From contig OZ316897.1 of assembly GCA_973895155.1 (NCBI GenBank), forward strand, positions 16,908,058-16,972,057: DNA of 64,000 bases. The letters are read 5' to 3'. Position numbers and translations under genes: made by a program. The DNA is from Marsupella aquatica. Taxonomy: Eukaryota > Plantae > Marchantiophyta. A model generated the notes under the pieces. It searched no databases, had not been told where the DNA came from, and saw nothing but the letters and a program-made list of their open reading frames with translations. Of the stretch, positions 40,191-50,234 are shown in pieces. Positions within the stretch are counted from its first letter, which is position 1. Each line of letters starts with the position of its first letter.

Positions 40191-41253
40191 TCACCGACAC
40201 TGAGGACATAACCATGATCCACTAGGAATCACCTGCAATGGTGGTGTCAAACATGACATGTGCCATCCTCTAAAACACTTATCACAAATCAACATAGTAG
40301 CTGCTCCCTGAGCAGATCCACACAACATACATTTCAAGCCAGCACGAACATGTGCCAAGCTTGGATCTACTGTACCATCAATGTTGGGAAGGTGACATGG
40401 TGCACAGTTGCGCACATGATCCTTCCAAACCATACCATTGCGTCCCTCCAACATCAGGACACCAGAAGGCAACACTTCACGCACACGTAAGATTGTCCGG
40501 CCTGCGGTCACATCAAGTGTTGTGGGTGCTGTCTGCTGCAAATAAATATAATCACCAGGATGAAATTGTCGAATGCTTGCACGGTAACCTCCTCCATGAA
40601 TAGTGGCATACCTCAAAGTATCATGATGTTGGGCAATGGCAAGGTTGTCAAAAGCCATGGGCATCACTCTCTGAAATACCCGTGCTCTCTCTGAACACAC
40701 CTTGACCCAAACATCAGGATCATCTAAGTTCACAACTGGTGCAGCATCACGACGAATAGCTGCTGGCAAATCTGGCTCAGCAAAAAGTAAGGTGAGAAGG
40801 ATGCAAGTGATGCTTGCCGACTAAAATGGTAGCCCATAGCTAACCAAGGTAGTTGGAGATCACAATCTCCCAGATGACCAACCTGCAAACCATACTTACG
40901 CAATCCTCTCTTCACAGTTTGCACAACTCTCTTAGCTAATCCATCTGCCTCAGCATGATAACGAGAGGTAGTACGATGATCAATCAGAGCTTGTTCACAC
41001 AAACTCTCAAACTCTCCACAGAACTCAGTTCCTTGATCAGTCAACACCTCAGCTGGTGCTCCAAAATGACTGAGTACACGATCCAAAAATGTAGCAGCAA
41101 CTCCTCCACTAGCTTTATCGGGCAACGCCACTAGCTCAATCCACTTGGAGAAGTGCTCCACCATGACCAAAACATACCGATTATGACGTTGGGTAAGAGG
41201 TAATGGACCAGCAAAATCCAAACTCCAACGATATCCCAAACCCATGATCGGCA
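40191..41253 (-). pseudogene. Retroelement integrase (rve) with C-terminal PHD finger, frameshifted
   Basis: PLPIMGLGYRWSLDFAGP, LTDQGTEF, GLAKRVVQ (third catalytic E appears as K), frameshift ~40770, then CxxC...LICDKCFRGWHMSCLTPPL...W.CPQC (PHD). N-terminal HHCC domain absent at the insertion junction. Confidence 0.9.
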
Positions 41254-41532
41254 ACGGACGGCAAAAAATCACTAAAATTAAGATCAAAAATGCTATTTTG
41301 AGGATGAATCCAAAATCGCATCCAACATCGGATTTCAAATCGAGATACTGTTGACGCAAAAATACAGAATTGTCACAATCCAGAATTTCGATACACTTCA
41401 TCTAAAAAAAGTGCAAATTCCAAAACCTGGAAAAACAATGTTTTTCACGTGATCCTTCTAAAAGCTAAATCCGAGCATCAAACAAAACGAGTAAAACACA
41501 AGATTTCATTTTCGCCATCAAAATGGCAAACT

Positions 41533-43068
41533 GAAAATGGGATATGGCGTATCCCATTTCGGATTCAACCATTGAACATGGACGAAAACCACACCAAATC
41601 ATTCTCTTGACGCTTCCATTTAACCTTGGGTTAAAAATGTTTGAATTTTTAACTGCGATAAAATTGAAAACTGCGAAAAACTGACCGCGGACTACAGTCG
41701 AATCACACAGTTAGTTAAGTTAACCCGACGACATGTCCGGAATTTTTTTAGCCCATAACGCATGATGAATACGAGATGGGATCCAAGTATCCACTATCGT
41801 ATTCAACCTCAATGTTTTCCACTTGCAACTTTGCATCAGGAGATCTTTCGACATGAATACCAACTGAGATCCATGGATCCCATTTTTTTCGCAAGTCCAA
41901 AAACTGATCGGGAAAACAGTAGGATGAATACCAGATGGGATCCCATGTAGTATTCAACCTCTACATTTTGAAGTTTTTGCATCGCATACCTTGATATTCC
42001 AGTTTGAAGACAAACTGGGATCCACGGCGACTTCCTCAAAAATCTACAATTTAAATTTTAGCATTCTTTGAAAAGACAGACTCTCACGTGAAAAAACCCT
42101 CGTACGGACCAATCAGGGAATGCCATGTGTCCAATGCCCCCGAAAACTATAAAAGGAAGAGCTTGCATCTGTTTTTCATCTTCATTTCTCGCGATTACTT
42201 TGAGGTTCGTTCAGTATTGAGTAGCTGTTTTCATAGAATACTGTAATCTGAATTTTCTCTATTGGATACGAATACGTACGTTCCTATACAACCCTTGTTT
42301 GATTCTCTATGGCGTCTTCAAGTGATGAGTCAATTTACAGTTCAGATGCATCTTTGCCAGATGTTCAAAAATTTATTCCATCTCGTTTGATGAATGAATT
42401 ACCAGCCTCACAGAGAGTAGTGCCAGAGATTTCATTTTCCTTAGAATCTGAGAAATCAGAGTCTGATTCAGAGTCTTGTAGGAGTGTTGTGGGTGCTCCG
42501 ATTTCATACTATATCTCTCCAAGTAAACCTCTTAAACAACGTCTACTTGTAAAGAAGCCTAATGTAGTTCCTACGACAGAGACACTTGGTTCATCGCGAA
42601 CCCCGACAAATCTTCAAAGGCGAAGGCCCCGGTTTTTAATGCCAAGAACAACGTTACCTTGTAGGCCCGCCCGAAGATCTCCGTTGGTTTTTCCAATGTC
42701 TCATTCTCCGGGAGTGAAGATAGCTGTGTCCAGTGTTCAATCACAGTTTGAGCGAATGAGGAGTCCAAATGTGCTGGAATTGCAAGGAGGGGCAGCCTCG
42801 GAGCCAAATTTGGTGGGTCGAATACCAAGTGGGATCTTGGTATTCCCTACTCGAATGTTGAGAAATGGTGAACGCGAATTGCCTATTTCGTCTCCTTCAG
42901 TACCAAATTCCTTGGATCAAATACGAAGTGGGATCCATGGATCCCACTTAGTATTCCCTCGTCGTATTTTGCAGAATCCTATGCCCGAGTCACCGGTCTT
43001 GCAGACTTCCAACCCGAGTTCCGATGGTGGAATGCAAAATGGGATACGCGGATCCCAGTTCGTATTGC
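41533..43068. repeat. Dispersed degenerate copies (~8) of the palindrome, often with GGATCC core
   Basis: Copies near 41533, 41765, 41853, 41924, 42013, 42818, 42920 (AATACGAAGTGGGATCCATGGATCCCACTTAGTATT) and 43029. Confidence 0.8.
42148..42154 (+). promoter_or_regulatory. TATA box of the 42309 ORF
   Basis: CTATAAAAGG preceded by CCAAT motifs, ~155 bp upstream of the ATG. Confidence 0.5.
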
Positions 43069-43103
43069 GCAACAGAAAATTACTAAGTCATGATGCAGAA
43101 TAG
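42309..43103 (+). CDS. S/P/R-rich protein of the insert, probably 3'-truncated
   Basis: 264-aa ORF with ATGGCG start and TATA box; low complexity; reads through three palindrome copies and collides with the Ulp1 fragment. Confidence 0.5.
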   Translation: MASSSDESIYSSDASLPDVQKFIPSRLMNELPASQRVVPEISFSLESEKSESDSESCRSVVGAPISYYISPSKPLKQRLLVKKPNVVPTTETLGSSRTPTNLQRRRPRFLMPRTTLPCRPARRSPLVFPMSHSPGVKIAVSSVQSQFERMRSPNVLELQGGAASEPNLVGRIPSGILVFPTRMLRNGERELPISSPSVPNSLDQIRSGIHGSHLVFPRRILQNPMPESPVLQTSNPSSDGGMQNGIRGSQFVLRNRKLLSHDAE

Positions 43104-43497
43104 CAAGACTCCAGTGCATGCTCATGTGAATTGGCATGAGAATAACCTCAATTTGGGAAAATGGTGGCTTGTAATAATTCCGCATCTTTTGAATTGATTC
43201 CAACAAGGTCTCAGCTGGTTCTATTTCAATCCTTGAAACAAGCCAAGGGTAAAAAAAAAAGGATAATGTGTTTACTGAGGGAGCCAGATCTCCATGTTCC
43301 TCGGTTATTAATTGTGGGTAAAATTCCATTATTTCATCACCCAAATATTGACCGGGTTCAAGTTGGCTCAATATTTTATTGTCCAAAAGAAATCCACTAG
43401 AAGGATTGTGTGAGAATCTATGCAGAACATGTTCAATACAAAATCCTCCTTTGATTCCTGCAAAGACATTACTTTGTGAAATAAGAACATAGTCCAA
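43090..43497 (-). pseudogene. Ulp1/SENP-like (peptidase C48) fragment
   Basis: LEPGQYLGDEIMEFY, NTLSFFFY, ILMPIHMSMHWSLAIL (WLNDEVI / HW motifs); similarity stops after the catalytic His, with no Asp or QxNxxDCG Cys segment. Confidence 0.8.
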
Positions 43498-43569
43498 TCA
43501 TAATCTTCCTCAATATTTCACAAGTTTGGATCAATAGATACAACATGAGAGAACTAATCAAACTTAAGT

Positions 43570-46500
43570 CTACACCTCAAGGAATGAGCCAAGATCAAGT
43601 GTCGGAGCTTCATGTTCCACTTCATCCTCTTCATCCTCATCATTGTCGTTCTCCTCCGCGGTTGTAATAATGCAAGTTTCAGTGGTGAGGGTGCTCGTAG
43701 TACCACCAATAGGTGGTTGAACCTCAAAGCTCATGGGTCCTGTACCCTCCTCGGTTGCTTCATCATTTAAGTTCCACGATTCATCAAGCGTGACAAGTCG
43801 GGTCTGGATACAATCCACCTGGCTTGCACTGAGTTCCATGGCTATCACCAGACGTTTCCCTAACAAGGCAGCGCATGAGGTCGATCCACTCCCCGCACAT
43901 AAATCAGCAACCCAATCCCGTGCTTCACTAAAATGTTGAACAAACCAATCTGCTAGAGCTATCGGTTTCTGGTAAGGGTTCACTATTTCTCCCAATGGTG
44001 TTACACATTTCTTTGTAACACAAGGGAATTTTATGATGTTTACCCTTTTCTCATCATGTTCAAAATTGTACATGTCTTTGGTCCTAATACCACTCTCGTG
44101 ATAATATCCGATTGACCAGTTTTCAAAAGCCCAAGCCAATCGATTCCCGGAAGGATGAGCATGTACATTTGGCTTCTCCCAAATTCCAGCCTCTACACCT
44201 GCGTTACAAGTTTTTCCAAGAGCATTCATCACAGACCAACTTTGCTGCAAAGAGTGAATCACAACAAACCTCCACATCTTTGAACTTGTCACCTTGGCAA
44301 AACAATTCACCATATCCACAATATCACTCTCTGAAAATGGGACCTCATCATTTTCAGAGCCAGGCGCATTGAATCCATAAGGAATGTCTACAATTGCAAA
44401 TGTGTAATTCCTTTTCTCTACAAACTTATCCAGCGCCCTGACATCTCCACAATGCAATGTACATCTGATAAAATTTCCGTCAGCGTTTTTCCATCGATGG
44501 TCACTCGACTCTGCTTCAACCGTTTCAATCCCACGACGATGGTTGTAGTTCTCAATGGCTTCTTGAACGTAATTCTTAAACCCCGGGGGAATAACACTCG
44601 AAGTCAGCTCCTCCGTAGGCTTCTCAACCGCATCGGCACCAATTGCATCCTTGTTCTTCTTCTTCGAAAAAGCTTTCAACTGCAAACGCAAACTTGTTAA
44701 AAGAATCTGGAGGAAAGACAATGGGGAGATAACCATTTAGGAATTCAAACAATCAAATCTGAACAACGAATGCGACATGGGATAATCCGTATCCTAGTTT
44801 GTATTCAACCAAGCAAAAACCACAGTCAAACATCACCACCGTCAAATAACCACAAGTGAATCCGAGATGGGATACCCCATATCCCACTTCGCATTCGACC
44901 AAACAAAAACCACATTGAAACATCACAAACGTCAAATAACCACATTGAATACGAGATGGGATACCGCGTATCCCACTTCGAATTCAACCAAGCAAAAACC
45001 ACATTGAAACATCACAAACGTCAAATAACCACAAGTGAACACGAGATGGGATACCGCATATCCCACTTCGCATTCAATCAAGAAAAAACCGCATTGAAAC
45101 ATCACCAACATCAAATAAGCACAAGTGAATCCGAGATGGGATACCCTGTATCCCACTTCGCATTCCAACAAGAAATCCACGAAGAAAACCTCCAAACATG
45201 GCGAAACAAATAGAAAAGTCCAATCAGTGGAAGGGGAGAACATACCACATCAGACAATTTCCCACTCCATCTTTCAAGCTCGGCAGATTCTGTTTCTTTT
45301 GGAAACATTCGTTTGCAAGTCGCCCAGTCTGGCTGCACTGACAACTGAACAAAAATCTTGCTGATTTTCATAAGTTTCTTGTAACTCTCGGCTTCTTTTG
45401 CCATCTGCTCCAAAGAGATCATCTGGTCCTTCACTCGGAGAAGAAGGGACTCCAAAAATTGGTCGTGTTCAATTCCCTGGATTGCTCTCCAAGGTGTCAA
45501 GGTAAGGCCCCCTACAAGCTTATTCAAAGCTTTTGGAATCGACTACGCTTTTCCCTTTTCTTTCTTGAGTTTCTTGATAGGTGACTTCTGCTTATTCTGC
45601 CCTTTGATCTCCAACTTGTTCCACATCTCAAAGATCTGGTCTTGGAGTTCCCAGACCTTACTCGACCTAAAAGCAATTTGGAAGAGAGGCTCATGCTTCT
45701 TCAGGCTTGTGGCGTCCCCCGGAAAAAACCCGTTGAGGCAAACCTCCATTGCACACGCTTCTCTAGTCTCCTTGGTTTTTGCCATTCCTCTGGCAAGGAA
45801 AATCTTCGGATTTGATCAATGTTGTTCATTTTTTTCCTGTACTCTTGATCAATATTATGTTGGATGCTAAGTTTCTGAATGTCCTCCCTTGTGAGACCAG
45901 CATACACCCAAGCTTGGAGTTCATTGAAGATCTCTCTCCCATAAGCCTGATACAATTCTCTCTTAGCCCGAGCACCGTGATTACCTCCAATCACTCGATA
46001 TCTCCAGCTTGTTGCCTTTTTTGGGTCCCAGTCTGTCACTGTCGGGCAGTCTTCGGGGATCACAAACAAGACAAATGGCGTCGTGAAATTTTTCGGATTC
46101 ATTTTCATCAAAGTCTTGATGTTCTCCACATGCAACCGATCGACTGTTCGAACCAACGTTGAGTTCTCGTCGTCAATATCGTCAACAAGAAGCAGGTTAG
46201 TTGTTTTCAGAATAACTGTTGTCTTCTGAACTCGCTTAGTCTCCATCAACCGAGACACTTCTTCACAAACCACAAGTGTCTCTTCCCGCTGCAAAGCTGT
46301 GGTGATATCTGTTGAATCGTTTTTCTTTTCTTTAACAGCTCCCCTAGATGATAAAGAAGGCCCACCTGACGAAGTTGAAGGAATCTGAGAAGGTGTCTGT
46401 GAAATTGGTGGGACCAAAGATGAGACAACACTTCCTGGTGCAGAAGGCGCGCGCTTCTGGATGTCACGTCGATCCAATTTCTTCTTGACAATAGCTTCTC

Positions 46501-47197
46501 CTGACACCGCTACTTTAGAACCTTCCCTGGAGAGTTGATCTGCAAGCTTCCTCTTTGCCGGTTCCTTAAAAGAAATTGTGGCAGATTTCTCCTTTGTCGA
46601 GGGTGTTCCAGACATCTCCCCTAACTTCGAAGCCGGATTGGTAGGCTTCGTCACTTTCAACTTCAAAGGCCGCTCTTTGACGCCAAAGTTGGCTCCAACA
46701 ACGAACCTATACGCTACCTTCATAAAATCCTCAACAACCCTCCAAGACTTCAAGACAAATTTCAAACACCAATAAGAAAAGTCCTCAATCTCCGGCACTT
46801 CCGAAATTAGCTGGCAGATCGGGTCATCAGGAAATGTGTTCATCGAGACCCGATCAAGTTTCTCGTAGTTGAGGACAACTATAGTGAAGGCATTGTTCGG
46901 AAGAATGCAAAGGTACATTGGAATCTTCTTCAGTTGTTTTGTTTTTGAGTCGGTGATATCCACCTCCCCGGTGTCCACGACTAATCCATAATGGCAATGG
47001 TCTTTACCCTTAACTATAACCAACCACACCGCTGGACCTTCATAGGCTCTATCAATATCCATCGCCCGAGCATCCCTGAAGTACTACCTATTCCTCATGA
47101 GTTTCTCCTCCGTGTAAAGGTCTTTCTTCCAAATCTCATCGACGATGGATGTCCGTGAAGACTGGGTCGAACCAGACGACTTTGATTTGTTCGACAT
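43570..47197 (-). pseudogene. ParB/Srx-like domain + beta-class N6A/N4C DNA methyltransferase fusion (~1000 aa)
   Basis: ATG 47197; in-frame TAG at 47084-47086 and 45543-45545; frameshift ~45805; phase-0 intron 45245-44707 (GTATGT..TTCCTCCAG). ParB-like segment ~46160-45850 (VDRLHVENIK...PFVLFV...YRVIGGNHGARA...VYAGLT...QHN). MTase: LHCGD, DIPYG (motif IV, 44377-44388), PYQKP, DLCAGSGST (motif I, ~43882-43905), AMEL; motif IV before motif I = beta permutation. Confidence 0.85.
44767..45170. repeat. Palindrome array 1 (5 copies, ~90-bp period)
   Basis: GAAT.CGAGATGGGATAC.NNN.TATCCCACTTCG.ATTC at ~44767, 44857, 44945, 45035, 45125; inside predicted intron 45245-44707. Confidence 0.95.
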
Positions 47198-47240
47198 GAT
47201 CCTGGAAAAGATTGACACACTGAGAACCAGACCAAAAGTA

Positions 47241-47625
47241 GTTGAATGCGAGATGGGATACGCTGTATCCCACTTCGCATCCAACATCAACAATTGCCAA
47301 GTCTGATGCAAAGAACGAAAAAGAGGGAGTTGAATGCGAAATGGGATACGCGGTATCCCACTTCGCATCCAACAACAACAAATGTCCAGAGTCTGATGCA
47401 ATTAACAAAAAAGAGGGAGTTGAATGCGAAATGGGATACGCGGTATCCCAGTTTGTATTCAAAATCAAGAAAGAGCGAGGAGGTTCGGATGGAAGACTAA
47501 AAAGAGGGTGTTCAATGTGAGATGGGATACGCGGTATCCCATCTCGTATTCAACATTGAAAAGAAGGCCAAATAATAGAGTTGAATACAAAGGGGAATAC
47601 GACGTATCCCTCTCAGGATTCAACA
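47241..47625. repeat. Palindrome array 2 (5 copies)
   Basis: GTTGAATGCGA(G/A)ATGGGATACGC(G/T)GTATCCCA... at ~47241, 47329, 47419, 47510, 47580; inside predicted 5'-UTR intron 47665-47202. Confidence 0.95.
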
Positions 47626-47790
47626 ATTAACCAAACGAGGAGGGGAGAGTTTCTTCAGTTTTTACCTATTTTTTGGTTTCGATTCGAGCAAATACGAAAA
47701 GCTATAGAGATGTTGCAGCCCGAGAAAAACATGGAGGCAAACAAAGTTGAGAAGAAAAAGAAATGAGAGTAATTTTTCTGACCAGGCACT

Positions 47791-47800
47791 CCTATTTATA
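47791..47800 (-). promoter_or_regulatory. TATA box of the ParB-MTase gene
   Basis: TATAAATAGG on the minus strand, followed by a CT-rich leader, donor AG|GTAAAA (47665), acceptor TTTTCCAG| (47202) and ATG 5 nt later. Confidence 0.6.
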
Positions 47801-48090
47801 CTTTATCACCTTTGTATCCACAGGCGATAAGGTTTCCACAGGTGATAATGTGTATCCAAAAGCGTAGGGTTGGAGTCCGGATGTCTATGTATATTTTTTT
47901 CTTTTGATGGGACTAGAGATAAGGCATATCCCCAAGTCCTTGTATTCAACCAAATAGATTTTACGCGTAGCAAATCGGGTTGATGCAAGGGTAATCACAA
48001 AACTCTTTATTCATTTGGAATTGTGCCACAAAATAAACTAAGTTGATATTCTTAAAAAGAGTCTTTACAAAGAGCCCATTCAAGATGGCT

Positions 48091-48642
48091 CTAAACCAGA
48101 CTAGAAGCTTCCCCATACATTTCCAAGAGCCTCGCTTGCTCATCTTTCTCAAGATTGTGCCAGTCTTCTTGAAATTGATTTAGGTCAGACCTTGAAAATA
48201 AACCTAAGAAATCGATTGGAGGAAGATTCGGTGTTTCCATCCTAACAAAAGCTTCAATATGAACATTCTGAAGGGGTTTTCCATCGGGAATGCTTGTCAG
48301 CATTTTATTTACTTCCTCAAGTTGGCTTTTTGCTAGTCTAAGAATACCCCAGACTCGTGTACAAATTATGAGCTGGTTCCATTTCTTGGAGGTGCATCCA
48401 AGCTACACCATGGTTTTTAATCGCATCAATCTTTCATTAGCTTGGTTCTTGGAGGAATCAAACTCATCCTCTATACAACAAACTTTCAAAATGGGCCAAA
48501 TGAACGTTTCAACAATCTCGTCAGGAAGTCCATCCAAAAACAATCCGGATTCCCTTTGGCCACTTTTTTGTTGAATTTGTTTCTTCTCTTTGTCGAATGA
48601 CATCGCTAACCTTGTAAAGACAGGGTTCTCAGTGACTGCCAT
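48091..48642 (-). pseudogene. F-box-like protein with in-frame stop
   Basis: LDGLPDEIVETFIWPILK ... V*LGCTSKKWNQLI resembles the F-box LP.E...I...L / L.CVSK.W..LI pattern; ORFs 48642-48403 and 48303-48091 share one frame. Confidence 0.55.
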
Positions 48643-48818
48643 TCCAAAATAAGAGTGGATACCTGGAGTAATAAATGAGATGGTGAGCTCTTTCTCAGCA
48701 ACCTACAAAACAGTGATGGAAAAACTGATTTTATTTCTTTGATCAAAAGAAAAATATATTCACAAAATGTTTGACCCAAGAACGTTCACCTAAATACTTA
48801 CACACTAATCAAGAAAAT

Positions 48819-49323
48819 TCAACGCGATAAGTTAACCCAAGGATCTTCGTTCCAAATCCGATAACAAAAATATGCCAATCGATGATATTTGTTTTGGGCA
48901 TCACGACAATAGTTACAAGAAGAATTAACAGAGTGCAGACAACCACTCAAACATATCCTCGACCGAATCGAAACTCCGTCCTTATTTTTTTCACAAAACT
49001 CTATTCGGAGTGGATTCAAACTATCATGTGGATCCACGCCTCCCGTCCATAGCGCGCCTAATCCAGGACGAAGAACTTTGAGTGCAACTAATCGCTTATA
49101 CAATCAACGAGCATGTTTCTCAAGGTTTTGATTCTGGACCGCCATTAGACTCACAAGAGAAAACTTTGTCTTTCAAGGAAAGCTTAAGCTTGAGTGGGTG
49201 TCGGTCACTGAAAGGCAGCAAGAGCTTCAGTGCGTACAGTTCAATTGAACTTCGCCTGCGAAACAATCAGTAATCCATAAGGTTTTTCCCATCATTCAAA
49301 TAAACTCTAGGTAAATACCACAT
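48819..49323 (-). pseudogene. Decayed ORF of unknown function in the insert
   Basis: ATG 49323 just after a predicted acceptor (49336); coding-like frame with stops and one frameshift into the Cys-containing ORF 49103-48819. Confidence 0.35.
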
Positions 49324-49350
49324 GGGCAATCAAAACTGGACATTTGAAGA

Positions 49351-49745
49351 GTGAATCCCAAACGGGATATGCCGTATCCCATTTCGCATTCAACGTTGAG
49401 GTTTTGACATTTGGAGTCTAAGATGCTTCATTTTCGCAGGTTGGATGCGACATGGGATACCCCGTATCCCAGTTCGCATCCAACCTCCTTTTTAGCTAAA
49501 GAGAAATCAAACTGGACATTTGAAGAGTGAATCTCAAACGGGATACGCCGTATCCCATTTCGCATTTAACGTTGAGGTTTTGACATTTGGAGTCTACGAT
49601 ACTTCATATTCGGAGGTTGGATGCGACATGGGATACCCCGTATCCCACTTCGCATCCAACCTCCTTTTTTAGCTAATGTGAAACGAAAACTTGAAATTTG
49701 AGGGTTGAATCCCAAACGGGATACGCCGTATCCCATTTGGGATTT
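49351..49745. repeat. Palindrome array 3 (5 copies, alternating two variants, ~177-bp dimer period)
   Basis: Copies at ~49351, 49440, 49527, 49616, 49704 alternate AAACGGGATA.GCCGTATCCCATTT and GACATGGGATACCCCGTATCCCA; inside predicted intron 49774-49336. Confidence 0.95.
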
Positions 49746-49891
49746 GTCCTCGCCATTTTCAGGAAGATTTTCACCTGTTCGTCAAAACTGATTTTTGGGG
49801 AATACGAGTTTGTATAGACGGTGTGCATTCGTCGAGAGTAAGAGTATACAGAGCAAGAAAAAATGAGCGTAAAATTCTCAAGCGGTGATCT

Positions 49892-49902
49892 CCTATTTAT
49901 AG
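49892..49902 (-). promoter_or_regulatory. TATA box of the rightmost insert transcript
   Basis: CTATAAATAGG on the minus strand, same motif as at 47791; donor CAG|GTGAAA at 49774. Confidence 0.55.
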
Positions 49903-50234
49903 TTTTCTCACTGACCGTGGTTAGTATTTGACTGCAGTTGCATCGCAGTCGGTTAAATGTTACCATTGAGAAGAATCGTTTTGGAATATTCTTGTTGGGT
50001 AAACCAATATCGGCACTTTTACTGCATTTTTTTTGTTGGAATTCCGCGGTTGGATCCGAAATGGGATACGCCGTATCCCATCTTCGTATTCGTGTCGATT
50101 TTTCTCATTTTTTCAATTCAAAAAACTAGTTTTTAGTGGGAATACTAATTCTGTATCCAAGACTTTTTTGCCTTAGAAACTTTTTTCGCCTCGGGCAAAA
50201 CGAGAAGTGTGGTCACATTTCTCGTTTGGTCCGT

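Larger units (their letters stand above)
41254..50234. mobile_element. Palindrome-rich ~9-kb insert with methyltransferase, Ulp1-like and F-box-like cargo; superfamily unassigned
   Basis: Interrupts the retroelement between gag and integrase; 6-bp inverted ends ACGGAC/GTCCGT each flanked by CA; inverted subterminal similarity (ATGGGATA(T/C)GGCGTATCCCATTTCGGAT(T/C)CAACC at ~41537 and reverse at ~50050); ~25 copies of a ~45-bp palindrome found only inside this interval; no transposase recognised. Confidence 0.8.

Noticed and set aside
43458-43575. Splice fusion of the MTase to Ulp1
   Set aside because: The obvious donor (phase 0) and acceptor (phase 1) are incompatible; cannot be supported without transcripts.
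44753-45243. Repetitive ORFs (ECEVGYAVSHL / KWDTAYPISH peptides), also at 47095-47630 and 49673-50129
   Set aside because: They are translations of the palindrome arrays in several frames and both strands, and mostly lie in predicted introns.
43570-47197. Bacterial or phage contamination as source of the MTase
   Set aside because: The gene has spliceosomal introns and TATA promoters and is nested in a plant retroelement with a matching TSD.
44767-49745. CRISPR array interpretation of the repeat-spacer palindromes (GTTGAA...TTCAAC ends)
   Set aside because: Spacers within each array are related to one another (tandem duplication), there are no cas genes, and the context is eukaryotic and intronic.
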